From a bacterium (GTDB taxonomy: Bacteria; Patescibacteriota; Minisyncoccia; UBA6257; GWB1-50-10), in assembly GCA_002686365.1 (NCBI GenBank), contig NZBZ01000001.1:58405-122404 (forward strand): a stretch of 64,000 nucleotides of DNA, written 5' to 3'. The notes under the pieces are model-generated. The model was not told where the DNA came from, did no database searches, and was given only the letters and a program-made list of their open reading frames with translations. Within the stretch, counting starts at the first letter, position 1. Each line of letters opens with the position of its first letter. Shown here one piece after another: positions 37,182 through 46,916 of the stretch. Made by a program: the position numbers and the translations under genes.

Positions 37182-37597
37182 CGGCGCTGTGTAGCACGTT
37201 TGCCACAAGGCTGTAAAAAGCCTGTGACAGCGCGTGTTATCCGGAATAACATGGTTGACAGAGAAGGTGCTTCTCGGAGCAGTCTTCTTTCGTCGAATAA
37301 GGAGAACGCATAACCTATGCGTGGCTGCGTCTCCTGAACGTAACGATCCCGTGAGTAAGCCCGTGCTTTGCCTTTTGTGCCAGTGGACTCAATAGGTGGT
37401 GACTACTACCTAAAGTCCTAATCAGAGTTGATAGGGGCACAGCATAAAGAGAAAAGCGCTATCGGGCATAAAACCGGGATGGGAAAGCTCGTAAGACTTC
37501 CCGAAACGGGGAACAACATCGCTATTCGCGTGTGGGGGCCGGAACCTAGTTCTTGCCCTCACAAAACGCTTTATATAAACACTTTAGGTGTTTTTTT
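37182..37597 (+). ncRNA. Candidate ~410-nt highly structured ncRNA of unknown family
   Basis: GC-rich island in AT-rich flanks; consecutive and nested helices; -10-like TATGCT upstream; hairpin plus T-tract at end; no credible ORF. Confidence 0.6.
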
Positions 37598-37911
37598 GTT
37601 TTTTAGGCGTTAAATGCGTCAATGTGTCAAATTTTAGTGTTATTACTTTTGGACGACCGTAAAAGTGATGACATTAAAATGGAAAGATAAGAAAAAATCA
37701 TGAATTACAATTTTGTGGTGGTTATCCACACGTTCTTGAGATTTTGAGTGAGTATTGTATGGTTTTTACAGGTTCCAGCCATAGGTTCTCCCACCAAGGA
37801 GTTCCCTAATGGTGAGGGAACGTTCAAGCTAGGGAGGATTTTCGAGACTGGATTCACTTGTCTCGTTTCGAGACCAAGAGAGCTCTCAGCTCCTGAATAG
37901 GAGTTCTGGAC

Positions 37912-38895
37912 ATGACTTTCCAAACAGACCGTCCTCCGACGCAGACGTTTGACCATCGCCGCAAGTTCCGCAAGTTCCGCCGAGTGGCACCCTTCCTCGT
38001 CGCGATCGCAGCCGCAGTAGCGCTCGGCGTCCCGATGATGACGACGGACGCGTTGACCGACAGTCAACAGGCGACGGTAGCCCTGACCGCGGACCAAATC
38101 GGTGCGACGCTCAACGACGTGGCGACCCCGCGCGACACCGCGCAGATGTGCGTTTTCGCCGCGGGGACCGATGCGACTGACGCGAGCCCGGCCATAGTGC
38201 AAACGCTGACGGCCGAGCAGACTCGCCGAACCATGGACCTTGATGCGGTTGCCGACGCGACGCGCGGATCGCCCGAGACCGGCTCTTCGACGATGACCGT
38301 AGCCATGGTCACGCGGAGTACCTTCCCCGAGATGACGGATGGTGCACCCGCCGCTGTGGGCACGGTCGCTCTCGTTGACGAATCGGCCTCAGCTGAAACC
38401 ACCACTTCGGCATTCGTCGTGGAAATCGCGCAGTGTGCTGCCGGAATTGTCGAATCGACGACGGCGCGCGCAGAATCAACCCAGGAGATCACCGTTCAGG
38501 GCGTCTACTCAGAGCAGCACGGCATCGTCACGATGACCACGCAAATCGCCGTCCAGCCCGCTGAGCAGGCCGAGGTCGTCGAGACGTCAGCCGAAGTCGT
38601 TGGTACCATCGTCGCGATGACCATGGAGACCGCCGGTCAGAGCGCCGAACGTCAAGTCGAGATCGCGGCTATCACCGCTCAACATGGCATCGAGCAGATG
38701 GCGGCCGCGGAGTTCCCGGGACAGTACTGTGGTGAAGCAATCGCGATGGCGGCAGACAGCGGCCAGTGCGATGTACAGCGGATCGAGGCGGACGCGTTCT
38801 CACGGCACCCCCAAGTGGCGCTCGCAGTCACGCAGCACCGAAGCGCGGCGGTTGCGACGATGGCGGCGTCGGTCGACGCTCATCCGCGGGCCTGA
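37912..38895 (+). CDS. Ala/Thr-rich membrane-anchored or secreted hypothetical protein (327 aa)
   Basis: SD AGGAG; basic RRKFRKFRR then hydrophobic helix; terminator GAGGCGAC/GTTGCCTC at ~38972-39001. Confidence 0.75.
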   Translation: MTFQTDRPPTQTFDHRRKFRKFRRVAPFLVAIAAAVALGVPMMTTDALTDSQQATVALTADQIGATLNDVATPRDTAQMCVFAAGTDATDASPAIVQTLTAEQTRRTMDLDAVADATRGSPETGSSTMTVAMVTRSTFPEMTDGAPAAVGTVALVDESASAETTTSAFVVEIAQCAAGIVESTTARAESTQEITVQGVYSEQHGIVTMTTQIAVQPAEQAEVVETSAEVVGTIVAMTMETAGQSAERQVEIAAITAQHGIEQMAAAEFPGQYCGEAIAMAADSGQCDVQRIEADAFSRHPQVALAVTQHRSAAVATMAASVDAHPRA

Positions 38896-39057
38896 TCCTC
38901 GAGAGACCAGGCAGGATCCTCCACATTGGCTCTTCGGAGTCATCACACCAAGGTCTTCCTACAGACCACACGAGGCGACTACATGTTGCCTCTCTTTTTT
39001 TATATGCGCGCAAGCGCTTTTTTATTTCGAGATATCGAGATTTCGATATTTTGAACT

Positions 39058-39825
39058 TTACCAAGGTGTAAGGTCTAGAGGACCTCGTTCAGTTATAGCA
39101 ATAGTTTTTTCAAAATGTGCAGTAAGAGAGTTATCTTTTACTACAAAGCTTCCATCTTCTTTTGCAAACACTTGTCCAGAGCCCATTGCTACCATTGGCT
39201 CAATTGCAATTACCATTCCTGATACGAGCTCCTCACCACTCCCCTTTTCTCCATTGTTTCGTACAGTAGGGGGTTCGTGCACATCAAATCCCACTCCGTG
39301 TCCTGTGAGTTTTTCTACAATTTCAAATCCCTGCTTTTTTACAGTAGTTTCTATAATATTGCCTATATCACCTGTGTAGTTACCTTGCTTGCATACCTTA
39401 ATAGCCCTTTTTAAGGCCTCATTTGTGGTTTTTAAGAGCTTTTTTGCCTCTTTCGATGTCTTTCCCACCCCTACAGTAATGGCTGCGTCTGTGAAGCGAT
39501 TTTTGTATTTTACTCCAATATCAATCTTCAAAATATCCCCATCTTTTAATTCCACATCATATGGAATGCCGTGGACTACAGTTTCATTTACTGATGCGCA
39601 GATTGCAGCTGGATACGGCGCTGAAGTCGGCTTTGGCTTATAGCCTAAAAACGCAGGCTCTGCTCCCTGCGCTTCAATTGTTTTCTTTGCGATTTTCTCA
39701 AGGTCAAGGAGTGAGACTCCTGGACGCACATGTTTTTTTACCTCCTTTAGAGTGCGGACTAGAATTTTTCCAGAGGCTTTTAAGAGCTGAATATCATCTT
39801 TTGATTTTAGGCCTGTTTCATTCAT
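39058..39825 (-). CDS. map: Methionine aminopeptidase
   Basis: SVNETVVHGIP, DIG, GHGVG..VHEPP, AIEPM, AHFEKT. Confidence 0.96.
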   Translation of the reverse strand: MNETGLKSKDDIQLLKASGKILVRTLKEVKKHVRPGVSLLDLEKIAKKTIEAQGAEPAFLGYKPKPTSAPYPAAICASVNETVVHGIPYDVELKDGDILKIDIGVKYKNRFTDAAITVGVGKTSKEAKKLLKTTNEALKRAIKVCKQGNYTGDIGNIIETTVKKQGFEIVEKLTGHGVGFDVHEPPTVRNNGEKGSGEELVSGMVIAIEPMVAMGSGQVFAKEDGSFVVKDNSLTAHFEKTIAITERGPLDLTPW

Positions 39826-40507
39826 TGAGCTTTAGGGCTTTTATGATAAGCTGAAAGACCTCGGGGGGCCTTGGACTGCCGTCGACTTCGAGAACATTAT
39901 ATCCCTCGTCTTTTAACTGGCTAATCATTGGAAATGTCCGCTCATTATATTCCCTAATTCGTTCTTTAATAACTTTTGGAGTATCTAATGCTCCCCGTTT
40001 TCTTGGTTTTCCTCCTAATTCTTTGCATCTTTCCATGTCTTTTTTTGTAAGAATTGGAAAACCGTCAACTGAACAGACAACACGCTTTGAATTTCTTTCT
40101 AAAGTTGTTTTTTCATCAATATTAATCCTTACAAAATATACATTCTCTTTTCCGTATAAATCTGCCATTGTTTTGGCAAGTCCTGTCTCTTTTTCATCTC
40201 CAAATGTTTCATAAAGTGTGCGTGGAGATCCGCTAAGTACCAGCCCCTTATTCTGTTTGGCGATTTTTTCTACCTGTTCTCTGGCCTGCCCTAATATCCA
40301 GGAAGGCGTTGTCAGCATTCCTGTTTCAAAGTTTGTCTGCTCGCGTTTTAGGATCGGGTCTTTTTCCGCCTCTTTAGAATGAAGAAGTTTTTCTAAATAT
40401 TTTCCTGTATCAAAATGGATGAGATCAAAATGTTTCGCGAGAAGTTCTGCCTGCGTTCCCTTTCCGGCTCCTGGAGCAGAAATTGTAAGAGAAATTGCTA
40501 TATGCAT
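39818..40507 (-). CDS. adk: Adenylate kinase
   Basis: SAPGAGKGTQA P-loop; secY-adk-map order. Confidence 0.9.
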   Translation of the reverse strand: MHIAISLTISAPGAGKGTQAELLAKHFDLIHFDTGKYLEKLLHSKEAEKDPILKREQTNFETGMLTTPSWILGQAREQVEKIAKQNKGLVLSGSPRTLYETFGDEKETGLAKTMADLYGKENVYFVRINIDEKTTLERNSKRVVCSVDGFPILTKKDMERCKELGGKPRKRGALDTPKVIKERIREYNERTFPMISQLKDEGYNVLEVDGSPRPPEVFQLIIKALKLNE

Positions 40508-40518
40508 TACTTATGTAT

Positions 40519-41787
40519 TTATACATTCTCGTACTCCCTCATATCGAGCTGAGATTCGAGCTGCTTCATGATTTCTATTGCTACTGCCACGATGATGAGG
40601 AGGGCGGTTCCTCCGAGTGTTAAAGTTGTAATGCCTGTTATTCCCTGAGTTATATTTGGAAGAACTGCTATGATTCCTAAGAATAATGCTCCGAACAATG
40701 TGATTCTATAGACCACTCTTGATATAAATTCTTTTGTATTGTCTCCGGGGCGTATGCCTGGAATAAATCCGCCGTTTCTCTGCAGATTTTTTGATATTTC
40801 TCCCGGGTCAAATGTGATAGCAGTATAGAAGAAGGTGAATGCTACTACTAGGATAAAGTAAAGGATGCTGAATATAAGAAGATTGCCCGCTACTCCCTGC
40901 ACAAATCCGTTTACTTGCGCTGCAAGGTCTGGAGAGATGATGGCAAGAGTTTGCGCAAGAAATTGCGGGAAAAGAAGCACAGAGAGAGCAAAGATGATTG
41001 GTATTACTCCTGCCTGGTTTACCCGCAGGGGAAGATAGGTTGCTACTCCGCCATACATCTTGTTTCCCCTTACATGCTTTGCGTATGATACGGGAATTTT
41101 TCTTTCTCCTTCAGTTATAAATACAACTCCTGCAATTACGATAATGCTGAGTACTGCGAAGGCAATATATGTTGGCAGAACGCCTGGGTTGTAGTTTAAA
41201 AGGTTTGAATAGATGATTTGCGGAAGTCCGCTTACGATTCCCGCAAAGATGATGAGAGAAATACCATTTCCTATTTTGTATTCGGAGATAAGTTCTCCTA
41301 TCCACATAACAAGAATACTGCCCGCAGTAATTACCACTACATTTGCAAGAATTGCCGGGAAGGTCATCCTTGCTATTGCGCCTTGGGAAACCAGAAGATT
41401 TAGAAATCCATATGCCTGAAGCATTGCGAGCGGAACCGTGAGATACCTTGAGTATCTGTTGAACTTTGCCTTACCTTCAGCTCCCTCTTCGTGGTATGCC
41501 TTTTTGAGCTTTGGAAAGATAATAGTAAGAAGCTGCATGATAATGCTTGAGGTGATATATGGCCCTACTCCAAGCATGACGATTGAAAGGCCGGAAAGCC
41601 CTCCTCCTGTGAAGACGTTTAAAAAGCCAAAGAGCTGGTTTGATTCGAAAAATGCCTGAAGCTGGACTGTATCTATTCCCGGGATTGGGACTGCTGCGAG
41701 AACTCTAAACGCGACAAGAAGAAGCCCTACTGCGAATATCTTTTTTCGAAGGTCTGGGATTTTAAATACTTGAAGGAATTTGTTCAT
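40519..41787 (-). CDS. secY: Preprotein translocase SecY
   Basis: GVGPYITSSIIMQLL, GNGISLIIF, FIPGIRPG. Confidence 0.98.
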   Translation of the reverse strand: MNKFLQVFKIPDLRKKIFAVGLLLVAFRVLAAVPIPGIDTVQLQAFFESNQLFGFLNVFTGGGLSGLSIVMLGVGPYITSSIIMQLLTIIFPKLKKAYHEEGAEGKAKFNRYSRYLTVPLAMLQAYGFLNLLVSQGAIARMTFPAILANVVVITAGSILVMWIGELISEYKIGNGISLIIFAGIVSGLPQIIYSNLLNYNPGVLPTYIAFAVLSIIVIAGVVFITEGERKIPVSYAKHVRGNKMYGGVATYLPLRVNQAGVIPIIFALSVLLFPQFLAQTLAIISPDLAAQVNGFVQGVAGNLLIFSILYFILVVAFTFFYTAITFDPGEISKNLQRNGGFIPGIRPGDNTKEFISRVVYRITLFGALFLGIIAVLPNITQGITGITTLTLGGTALLIIVAVAIEIMKQLESQLDMREYENV

Positions 41788-42320
41788 TTCGTTTTTTTAC
41801 GAGGCGTGGACTTTTTTTTCGCTGTTGCTGTCTTTTTTGTCTTTACGGGTTTTTTTGGACTTCTTGCTACAATCTTTTTAGAAACCTTGGTTTTTTCTTT
41901 TTTTTCTTCACTCACTATTTTGCCGTGAGCTTTTTTAATTTTTGCTTCAGCAGACTTTGAGACTTTTATTCCTACTACTGTGAATGCTTTTTTAATTTCT
42001 CCATTACCTAGGATTTTGATTTCTTTCTTTTTGTCTTTAGGTCTTTTTATAACTGAATCTCTTGTAATTATCCCTTCTTTCGCATACTTTTCCAAATCAC
42101 TTACATCTATTCTAATTACTTTTTTTGCCGGCTTGTTTTTTAAGCCGCGAAGCTTTGGAATCTTATAGACAACTTCCATTGATGATTTTGGAAGCTTTCT
42201 GCCAGCGTGCGCCTTTTGACCCTTTTGTCCTCTGCCTGAATAAGCGCCTCGTTTTCCTCCGCGCCCTATTCGCTTCCTCCTCTTTTTCTTTATAGTTGGT
42301 TGTAAATTATGAATTTGCAT
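41784..42320 (-). CDS. rplO: 50S ribosomal protein L15
   Basis: RIGRGGKRGAYSGRGQKGQKAH. Confidence 0.95.
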   Translation of the reverse strand: MQIHNLQPTIKKKRRKRIGRGGKRGAYSGRGQKGQKAHAGRKLPKSSMEVVYKIPKLRGLKNKPAKKVIRIDVSDLEKYAKEGIITRDSVIKRPKDKKKEIKILGNGEIKKAFTVVGIKVSKSAEAKIKKAHGKIVSEEKKEKTKVSKKIVARSPKKPVKTKKTATAKKKSTPRKKTK

Positions 42321-42367
42321 AGGATCAGCTTATACCTGCCTGCCGGTAGGCAGGGCAGGCAGGGCTT

Positions 42368-42925
42368 TTAGCTTTTACCTTTCTGCGCAGGCAGGGCTTC
42401 ATTAGCTTTCTTTTTTGGGGCCTCTTCTTTCTTTACTTGTTTTTTGATTGGCTTTAGCTTTTTCAATGCTTCGATTGTGGCCATTGCGTTTGTAAGTTTG
42501 TTTGTTGTGCGTCCAAGCATCTTTGCAGAGATATCTTTTACTCCTGCAAGGTCTAGAACTATTCGAGATGACCCTCCTGCAATAAGTCCGTGTCCTTTTC
42601 GGGTCGGCTTTAGACGTACTTTTGAAGCAGCATACTTTGCCTCCACATCATATGGAATTGTTCTTTCTTCTTTGAGCGGTACTACGAATATGTTTTTTTC
42701 CGCTACCTTCTTTGCTTTTTCAATGGAAAGCGGGACGTCAAGGCCTTTTGCAATCCCTACGCCAACCTTACCTCTTTTATTTCCAAGTACTACTGTTGCG
42801 CGGAAGCTGAATCGCTTTCCGCCCTTTACTACTCGGCTTACTCTTCGTATTTCTATGACCTTGTCGTCATACTCACTCTGCCTTTTCTGATAGGGCGCTC
42901 TTCCTCTGTGTTGTTGTGGTTTCAT
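42368..42925 (-). CDS. rpsE: 30S ribosomal protein S5
   Basis: RVSRVVKGGKRFSF. Confidence 0.97.
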   Translation of the reverse strand: MKPQQHRGRAPYQKRQSEYDDKVIEIRRVSRVVKGGKRFSFRATVVLGNKRGKVGVGIAKGLDVPLSIEKAKKVAEKNIFVVPLKEERTIPYDVEAKYAASKVRLKPTRKGHGLIAGGSSRIVLDLAGVKDISAKMLGRTTNKLTNAMATIEALKKLKPIKKQVKKEEAPKKKANEALPAQKGKS

Positions 42926-42926
42926 A

Positions 42927-43286
42927 TTAAAATTCTAATCCTCCTTCGCGAGCGCCTTCTGCGAGCGCTTTTACCCGACCATGGTAAGCATATTTTCCTC
43001 TATCAAGAACTACTTTCTTTATCTTTTCTTTCTTTGCTTTTTCCGCGATTATTTCTCCTACTTTTTTTGCAAGTTCGGCTTTTGTCCCTTTTTCTTTTAG
43101 TCCTCGTGAGGATGCTGAAAGAAGTGTCTTCTGCTTTTTGTCGTCTATAAGCTGAACTTCTATATATTTGTTACTTCTTTGTATTGAAAGTCGGGGACGT
43201 GCTGATGTCCTTTTGATTCGCACTTTTGTGTGCGTTTTTCTTTTTCTTAGGTCTCGTGTTTTATTTTTTCTTTTTTGGATATTCAT
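42927..43286 (-). CDS. rplR: 50S ribosomal protein L18
   Basis: [28 protein letters not shown]. Confidence 0.97.
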   Translation of the reverse strand: MNIQKRKNKTRDLRKRKTHTKVRIKRTSARPRLSIQRSNKYIEVQLIDDKKQKTLLSASSRGLKEKGTKAELAKKVGEIIAEKAKKEKIKKVVLDRGKYAYHGRVKALAEGAREGGLEF

Positions 43287-43331
43287 GGTTTAAGATATAG
43301 GACTTAGGATATAGGATTTAGAAAGCTGCAT

Positions 43332-43886
43332 TTACTCAGCGGCGGTTACTGCTTTCTTTCCTGCTTTTCTTCTTATAACTTCGTCTTCATATCTAAATCC
43401 CTTTCCTTTATACGGCTCTGGTTTTTTTAGCGCCCTAATTTTTGCTGCTGTCTGCCCTACCAGTTCTTTGTCTATCCCTTTTATTTTTAGTATAGAATTT
43501 TTTTCCACTTCAAATTCTATTTTGTCTGGCGTATCCACTTTTACAGGGTGAGAAAATCCAAGAGCAAGGGTTAATGCCTCTCCTTCTTTTGTTATACGAA
43601 ATCCTACTCCTTCGAGTATAAGTGTTTTTTCAAATCCTTCTATTGTGCCGATTACTGCATTCTGTATAAGAGATCGAGCAGTTCCCCAGTTGCTTTGCGT
43701 CTGCTTCTTTTCATCTTTTGCAGAAAACATAACTTTTCCATCTGCTATTTCTACTTTTATTCCATCTTGTACTGGCACCTCTAACTCCCCGAGCGGGCCT
43801 TTTACGGTTATCGTATTTTCTTTCTCATCGTGCGTTACTTCTGCTTTTTCCGGAATGAGTATTGGTTTTTTTCCAATCTTTGACAT
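43332..43886 (-). CDS. rplF: 50S ribosomal protein L6
   Basis: MSKIGKKPI, PEPYKGKG. Confidence 0.97.
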   Translation of the reverse strand: MSKIGKKPILIPEKAEVTHDEKENTITVKGPLGELEVPVQDGIKVEIADGKVMFSAKDEKKQTQSNWGTARSLIQNAVIGTIEGFEKTLILEGVGFRITKEGEALTLALGFSHPVKVDTPDKIEFEVEKNSILKIKGIDKELVGQTAAKIRALKKPEPYKGKGFRYEDEVIRRKAGKKAVTAAE

Positions 43887-43895
43887 GGTTTTGAT

Positions 43896-44267
43896 TTACC
43901 AGATTTTAAAGAGAAGTTCTCCGCCGACCTTCTCTCTTTTTGCTTCAACAGCAGTCATTATTCCTTTTGGCGTTGAGACGATAAGCGTTCCGTGTCCTCC
44001 CTTGACGCTTCTCAACTCTTTGTATCCTGCGTATTGATGTACAGATGGCTTTGAAATAAATTCACACGCCTCTATATCTCTATTTCCCCGAAGGTTTATA
44101 AAGATGAACCGTTTTGACGGCCTTCCTTTTATTTCTGTGCTCTCTATAAATTCCTGTCGTACGAGTATATCAGCAATCGTTTTATCGATTCTGCTGAATC
44201 TTGTTTTCAGCACTTTTTTCCCTACGGCTTGGGCATTTTTAATTTTGGTTAGTAAATCTATATACAT
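43896..44267 (-). CDS. rpsH: 30S ribosomal protein S8
   Basis: DLLTKIKNA, STPKGIMT, VGGELL. Confidence 0.95.
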   Translation of the reverse strand: MYIDLLTKIKNAQAVGKKVLKTRFSRIDKTIADILVRQEFIESTEIKGRPSKRFIFINLRGNRDIEACEFISKPSVHQYAGYKELRSVKGGHGTLIVSTPKGIMTAVEAKREKVGGELLFKIW

Positions 44268-44280
44268 AATGTTGTTGACT

Positions 44281-44466
44281 TTACCATGAGGACTTTCTTA
44301 TTCCGGGAAGTTCTCCCTTGCTTGCCAGTTCTCTAAAACAAATTCTGCAGAGATTGAAATCCCGCATATATCCTCTTTTCCTTCCGCACTTAAAACAGCG
44401 CCTCACCTCTCGAGTTTTGTGCTTTGGTTTTTTTTGCGCTCTTGCTTTTGTTGATGTTTTTGCCAT
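44281..44466 (-). CDS. rpsZ: 30S ribosomal protein S14, zinc-binding type Z
   Basis: RCFKCGR...LCRICFRE. Confidence 0.95.
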   Translation of the reverse strand: MAKTSTKARAQKKPKHKTREVRRCFKCGRKRGYMRDFNLCRICFRELASKGELPGIRKSSW

Positions 44467-44493
44467 ATCGATAGCTTTTAGCTTATAGCTTCA

Positions 44494-45009
44494 TTAGCTT
44501 TTAGCTTTTGTCTTTTTCTTTTCTTCTTTGGCTTTCAAGGGTACTCTAATTTCCTTGTAGAAATCAAGCATTTTGTCCCTGTCTTTGGTTTTTGATACTG
44601 CGGTTATCTGCATCCCAAAGTTTACTTTTGATGTGTTCGGGTCGATTTCCGGAAATACAAGCTGATCTTTTAGTCCAATGTTTAGATTTCCTGCCTTATC
44701 TACGTTTTTTCTTGAAAGTCCACGGAAATCTTTTACACGAGGAAGAACAACGTGAATAAGCCTTTTTAAAAAGTCATCCATCTTGTTTCTTCGGAGGGTT
44801 ATCTTTATCCCTATGGTATCTCCAACCCTTGTTTTGAATCCGGCAATCGATTTTTTTGCGGGCATGTGTATTGGTCTCTGCCCTGTGATTGCCGCAAGTT
44901 CTTTTGTAATTTCCGGAAGGGTCTTGTCTTTGAAATTTGCCCCCTGACTTTGTCGGCCAACTCCTGCGTTTATTACCACTTTTTCAATTTTTTCTCGTAT
45001 CTTTTCCAT
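44494..45009 (-). CDS. rplE: 50S ribosomal protein L5
   Basis: KVVINAGVG, ITGQRP, LPRVKDFRG, FPEI. Confidence 0.96.
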   Translation of the reverse strand: MEKIREKIEKVVINAGVGRQSQGANFKDKTLPEITKELAAITGQRPIHMPAKKSIAGFKTRVGDTIGIKITLRRNKMDDFLKRLIHVVLPRVKDFRGLSRKNVDKAGNLNIGLKDQLVFPEIDPNTSKVNFGMQITAVSKTKDRDKMLDFYKEIRVPLKAKEEKKKTKAKS

Positions 45010-45014
45010 GAAAA

Positions 45015-45290
45015 TTACTTACCAGCTTTAGTCTTTTTTATCTTTTGTTTTTTACTTGCAGTTTTTTTATCTCCACGAACTCTTTTTATATTTGAGACGT
45101 GGATTGAGGCAGTAAATTCTACGACTTCCCCCTTTTCTCCTTCTTTCTTTGGCCGTACATGTTTTTTATATATATTCGCGCCTTCAACAATTACCCTGTC
45201 TTTTTTAGACAGTATTTTCATAACCTTTCCGGTTTTTCCTTTATCCTTTCCCGTTAATATTTTTACTGTGTTTCCTTTTTTAATATGCAT
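45015..45290 (-). CDS. rplX: 50S ribosomal protein L24
   Basis: MHIKKGNTVKILTGKDKGKTG; start corrected to ATG 45290. Confidence 0.95.
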   Translation of the reverse strand: MHIKKGNTVKILTGKDKGKTGKVMKILSKKDRVIVEGANIYKKHVRPKKEGEKGEVVEFTASIHVSNIKRVRGDKKTASKKQKIKKTKAGK

Positions 45291-45294
45291 AGAT

Positions 45295-45660
45295 TTATAC
45301 AAGATCTTTTGCCAAAGATGCGATTGCGTCGAATCCTTTTTCTTTAACCTCTCTTGGAATGGGCCCGAATACTCTTGTTCCGCGAGGATTTTTTCCATCA
45401 ACTAGTACTGCTGCGTTTTCATCAAATCGAATGTATGATCCGTCTCTCCTTTTTGTTTCTTTTCTTGTACGCACTACAAGCGCTTTTACAATATCTTTCT
45501 TTTTCACCTGCTTTCTTGGCTCTGCAGTCTGAACTGAAGCCACAAGAACATCTCCAATTCTGGCATATCTTCGCCTTGTTCCTCCAAGAATTCTAAAGCA
45601 ACGCACTTTTTTTGCGCCTGAGTTGTCCGCTACTTTTAAAATTGTTCCTTCTTGAATCAT
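45295..45660 (-). CDS. rplN: 50S ribosomal protein L14
   Basis: [19 protein letters not shown]. Confidence 0.98.
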   Translation of the reverse strand: MIQEGTILKVADNSGAKKVRCFRILGGTRRRYARIGDVLVASVQTAEPRKQVKKKDIVKALVVRTRKETKRRDGSYIRFDENAAVLVDGKNPRGTRVFGPIPREVKEKGFDAIASLAKDLV

Positions 45661-45664
45661 GTTA

Positions 45665-45967
45665 TTAGCTTATAGCTTCGTTAGCTTCACTAGCTTCATT
45701 AGCTTCGTTAGTTTCATTAGCTTCACTAGCTTTGTTTTCTTTTGTTTTCTCCACTATTTTCCACCTTTTGTCTTTACTTATTGGCCTTGTCTCTTCGATA
45801 ATCACCTCATCTCCTGTTTTGTACTCATTCTTTTCATCATGCGCCTTAAAACGCCTAGTTACCTTAATAAACTTCTTGTAGAGTGAGTGTTTTTTCAGTC
45901 TCGAGATTTCCACAACTCTCGTTTTTTCCATCTTATCGCTTACGATTGTACCTTTTAATTTTTTCAT
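45665..45967 (-). CDS. rpsQ: 30S ribosomal protein S17 with 3-residue-repeat tail
   Basis: [19 protein letters not shown]. Confidence 0.96.
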   Translation of the reverse strand: MKKLKGTIVSDKMEKTRVVEISRLKKHSLYKKFIKVTRRFKAHDEKNEYKTGDEVIIEETRPISKDKRWKIVEKTKENKASEANETNEANEASEANEAIS

Positions 45968-46096
45968 CCCTCACTCTTGGCGCATTGGGACGCCAAATTA
46001 ATACTTATTCTTTCGACTTGTGTGTTTCTTTGGTTCATTGTTTTGTTTTTGTCCCTTACCCTTACGCAGTTATGTGCCAAGAGTGTAGGGATTCAT
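45963..46096 (-). repeat. Start-codon hairpin element upstream of rpsQ
   Basis: ATGAA-TCCCTACACTCTTGGCACA...TGCGCCAAGAGTGAGGG-ATGAA; homologous to 57850-57985. Confidence 0.85.
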
Positions 46097-46100
46097 ATTA

Positions 46101-46337
46101 TTAAGACTTAGAATTTGATGTTTTTTCTCCTGCCTGCGCAGACAGGTCCTTTTCTGTTAAGACTGCGAGGAGCTGGGCGATTGATTTTTTTATATCTCGA
46201 ATTTCCCGAATATTTTTTACCTTTCCCATCGCAAGATCGTCACGAAGTCCGGCGAGCCTTTTTCTTTCTTCGCTCAATTCTTTTTTAATCTCTCCTTTTG
46301 TCTTTGTTTTGAATTCTTTCAGCTGTTTCTTTTTCAT
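46101..46337 (-). CDS. rpmC: 50S ribosomal protein L29
   Basis: Between rplP and rpsQ; KNIREIRDIKKSIAQL. Confidence 0.9.
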   Translation of the reverse strand: MKKKQLKEFKTKTKGEIKKELSEERKRLAGLRDDLAMGKVKNIREIRDIKKSIAQLLAVLTEKDLSAQAGEKTSNSKS

Positions 46338-46438
46338 CCCTCACATAACCATACGCGTCTAAAATCTGTGCGCATGGCATTAAAATGTTCTCGACTACAA
46401 ATATATGGCTTTTGTTTTTTGTTATGTGAGGGATTCAT
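46333..46438 (-). repeat. Start-codon hairpin element upstream of rpmC
   Basis: ATGAA-TCCCTCACATAAC...GTTATGTGAGGG-ATGAA. Confidence 0.85.
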
Positions 46439-46440
46439 AC

Positions 46441-46854
46441 TTATTCTTTGGTAATAATTCGGGTTTTAATTGGCAGCTTATGACCTGCTTTTGTGAGCGC
46501 TTCTCTTGCCATCTCTTCTTCTACTCCATCTATTTCAAATAAAACTCGTCCCGGCCGCACTGATACAACGTGATGGTCTACATCTCCTTTTCCCCCTCCC
46601 ATTGTAACTTCAGGCGGGAACTTTGTTACCGGCTTATCAGGAAATACACGTATCCACACCTTTCCCTCTTTTTTTAGCGTGTGCGCAATTGTTTTTCGCA
46701 CAGCCTCTATCTGTCTGGCGGTTACCCATGAGGTCCCTAAAGCCTGGATGCCAATGCTTCCATGACTTAATGCAATTCCTCTGGTTTCTTTTGCTCTCTT
46801 TCGCGCTCTGCCCTTATGGCGCTTTCTAAATTTTTGTTTCTTTGGCTCTAACAT
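46441..46854 (-). CDS. rplP: 50S ribosomal protein L16
   Basis: WIRVFPDKPVT, MGGGKG. Confidence 0.97.
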   Translation of the reverse strand: MLEPKKQKFRKRHKGRARKRAKETRGIALSHGSIGIQALGTSWVTARQIEAVRKTIAHTLKKEGKVWIRVFPDKPVTKFPPEVTMGGGKGDVDHHVVSVRPGRVLFEIDGVEEEMAREALTKAGHKLPIKTRIITKE

Positions 46855-46916
46855 TGTTTTTCACTAATTGCACTAATGAGCACGAATATCACGAATTCGT
46901 ATTAGTGCCATTTGTG

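Noticed and set aside
37182-37597. RNase P RNA (AAAGTCC at 37412 and ACAAAACGCTTTAT at 37561 resemble conserved regions)
   Set aside because: No GAGGAAAGUCC near the 5' end, no P1 closing helix, and AGTCC is used in a local stem. Needs cmscan to exclude fully.
35630-37910. Replication origin (long AT-rich gap with DnaA-like boxes)
   Set aside because: Boxes are single and hundreds of bases apart, each tied to a promoter; no dnaA or dnaN nearby.
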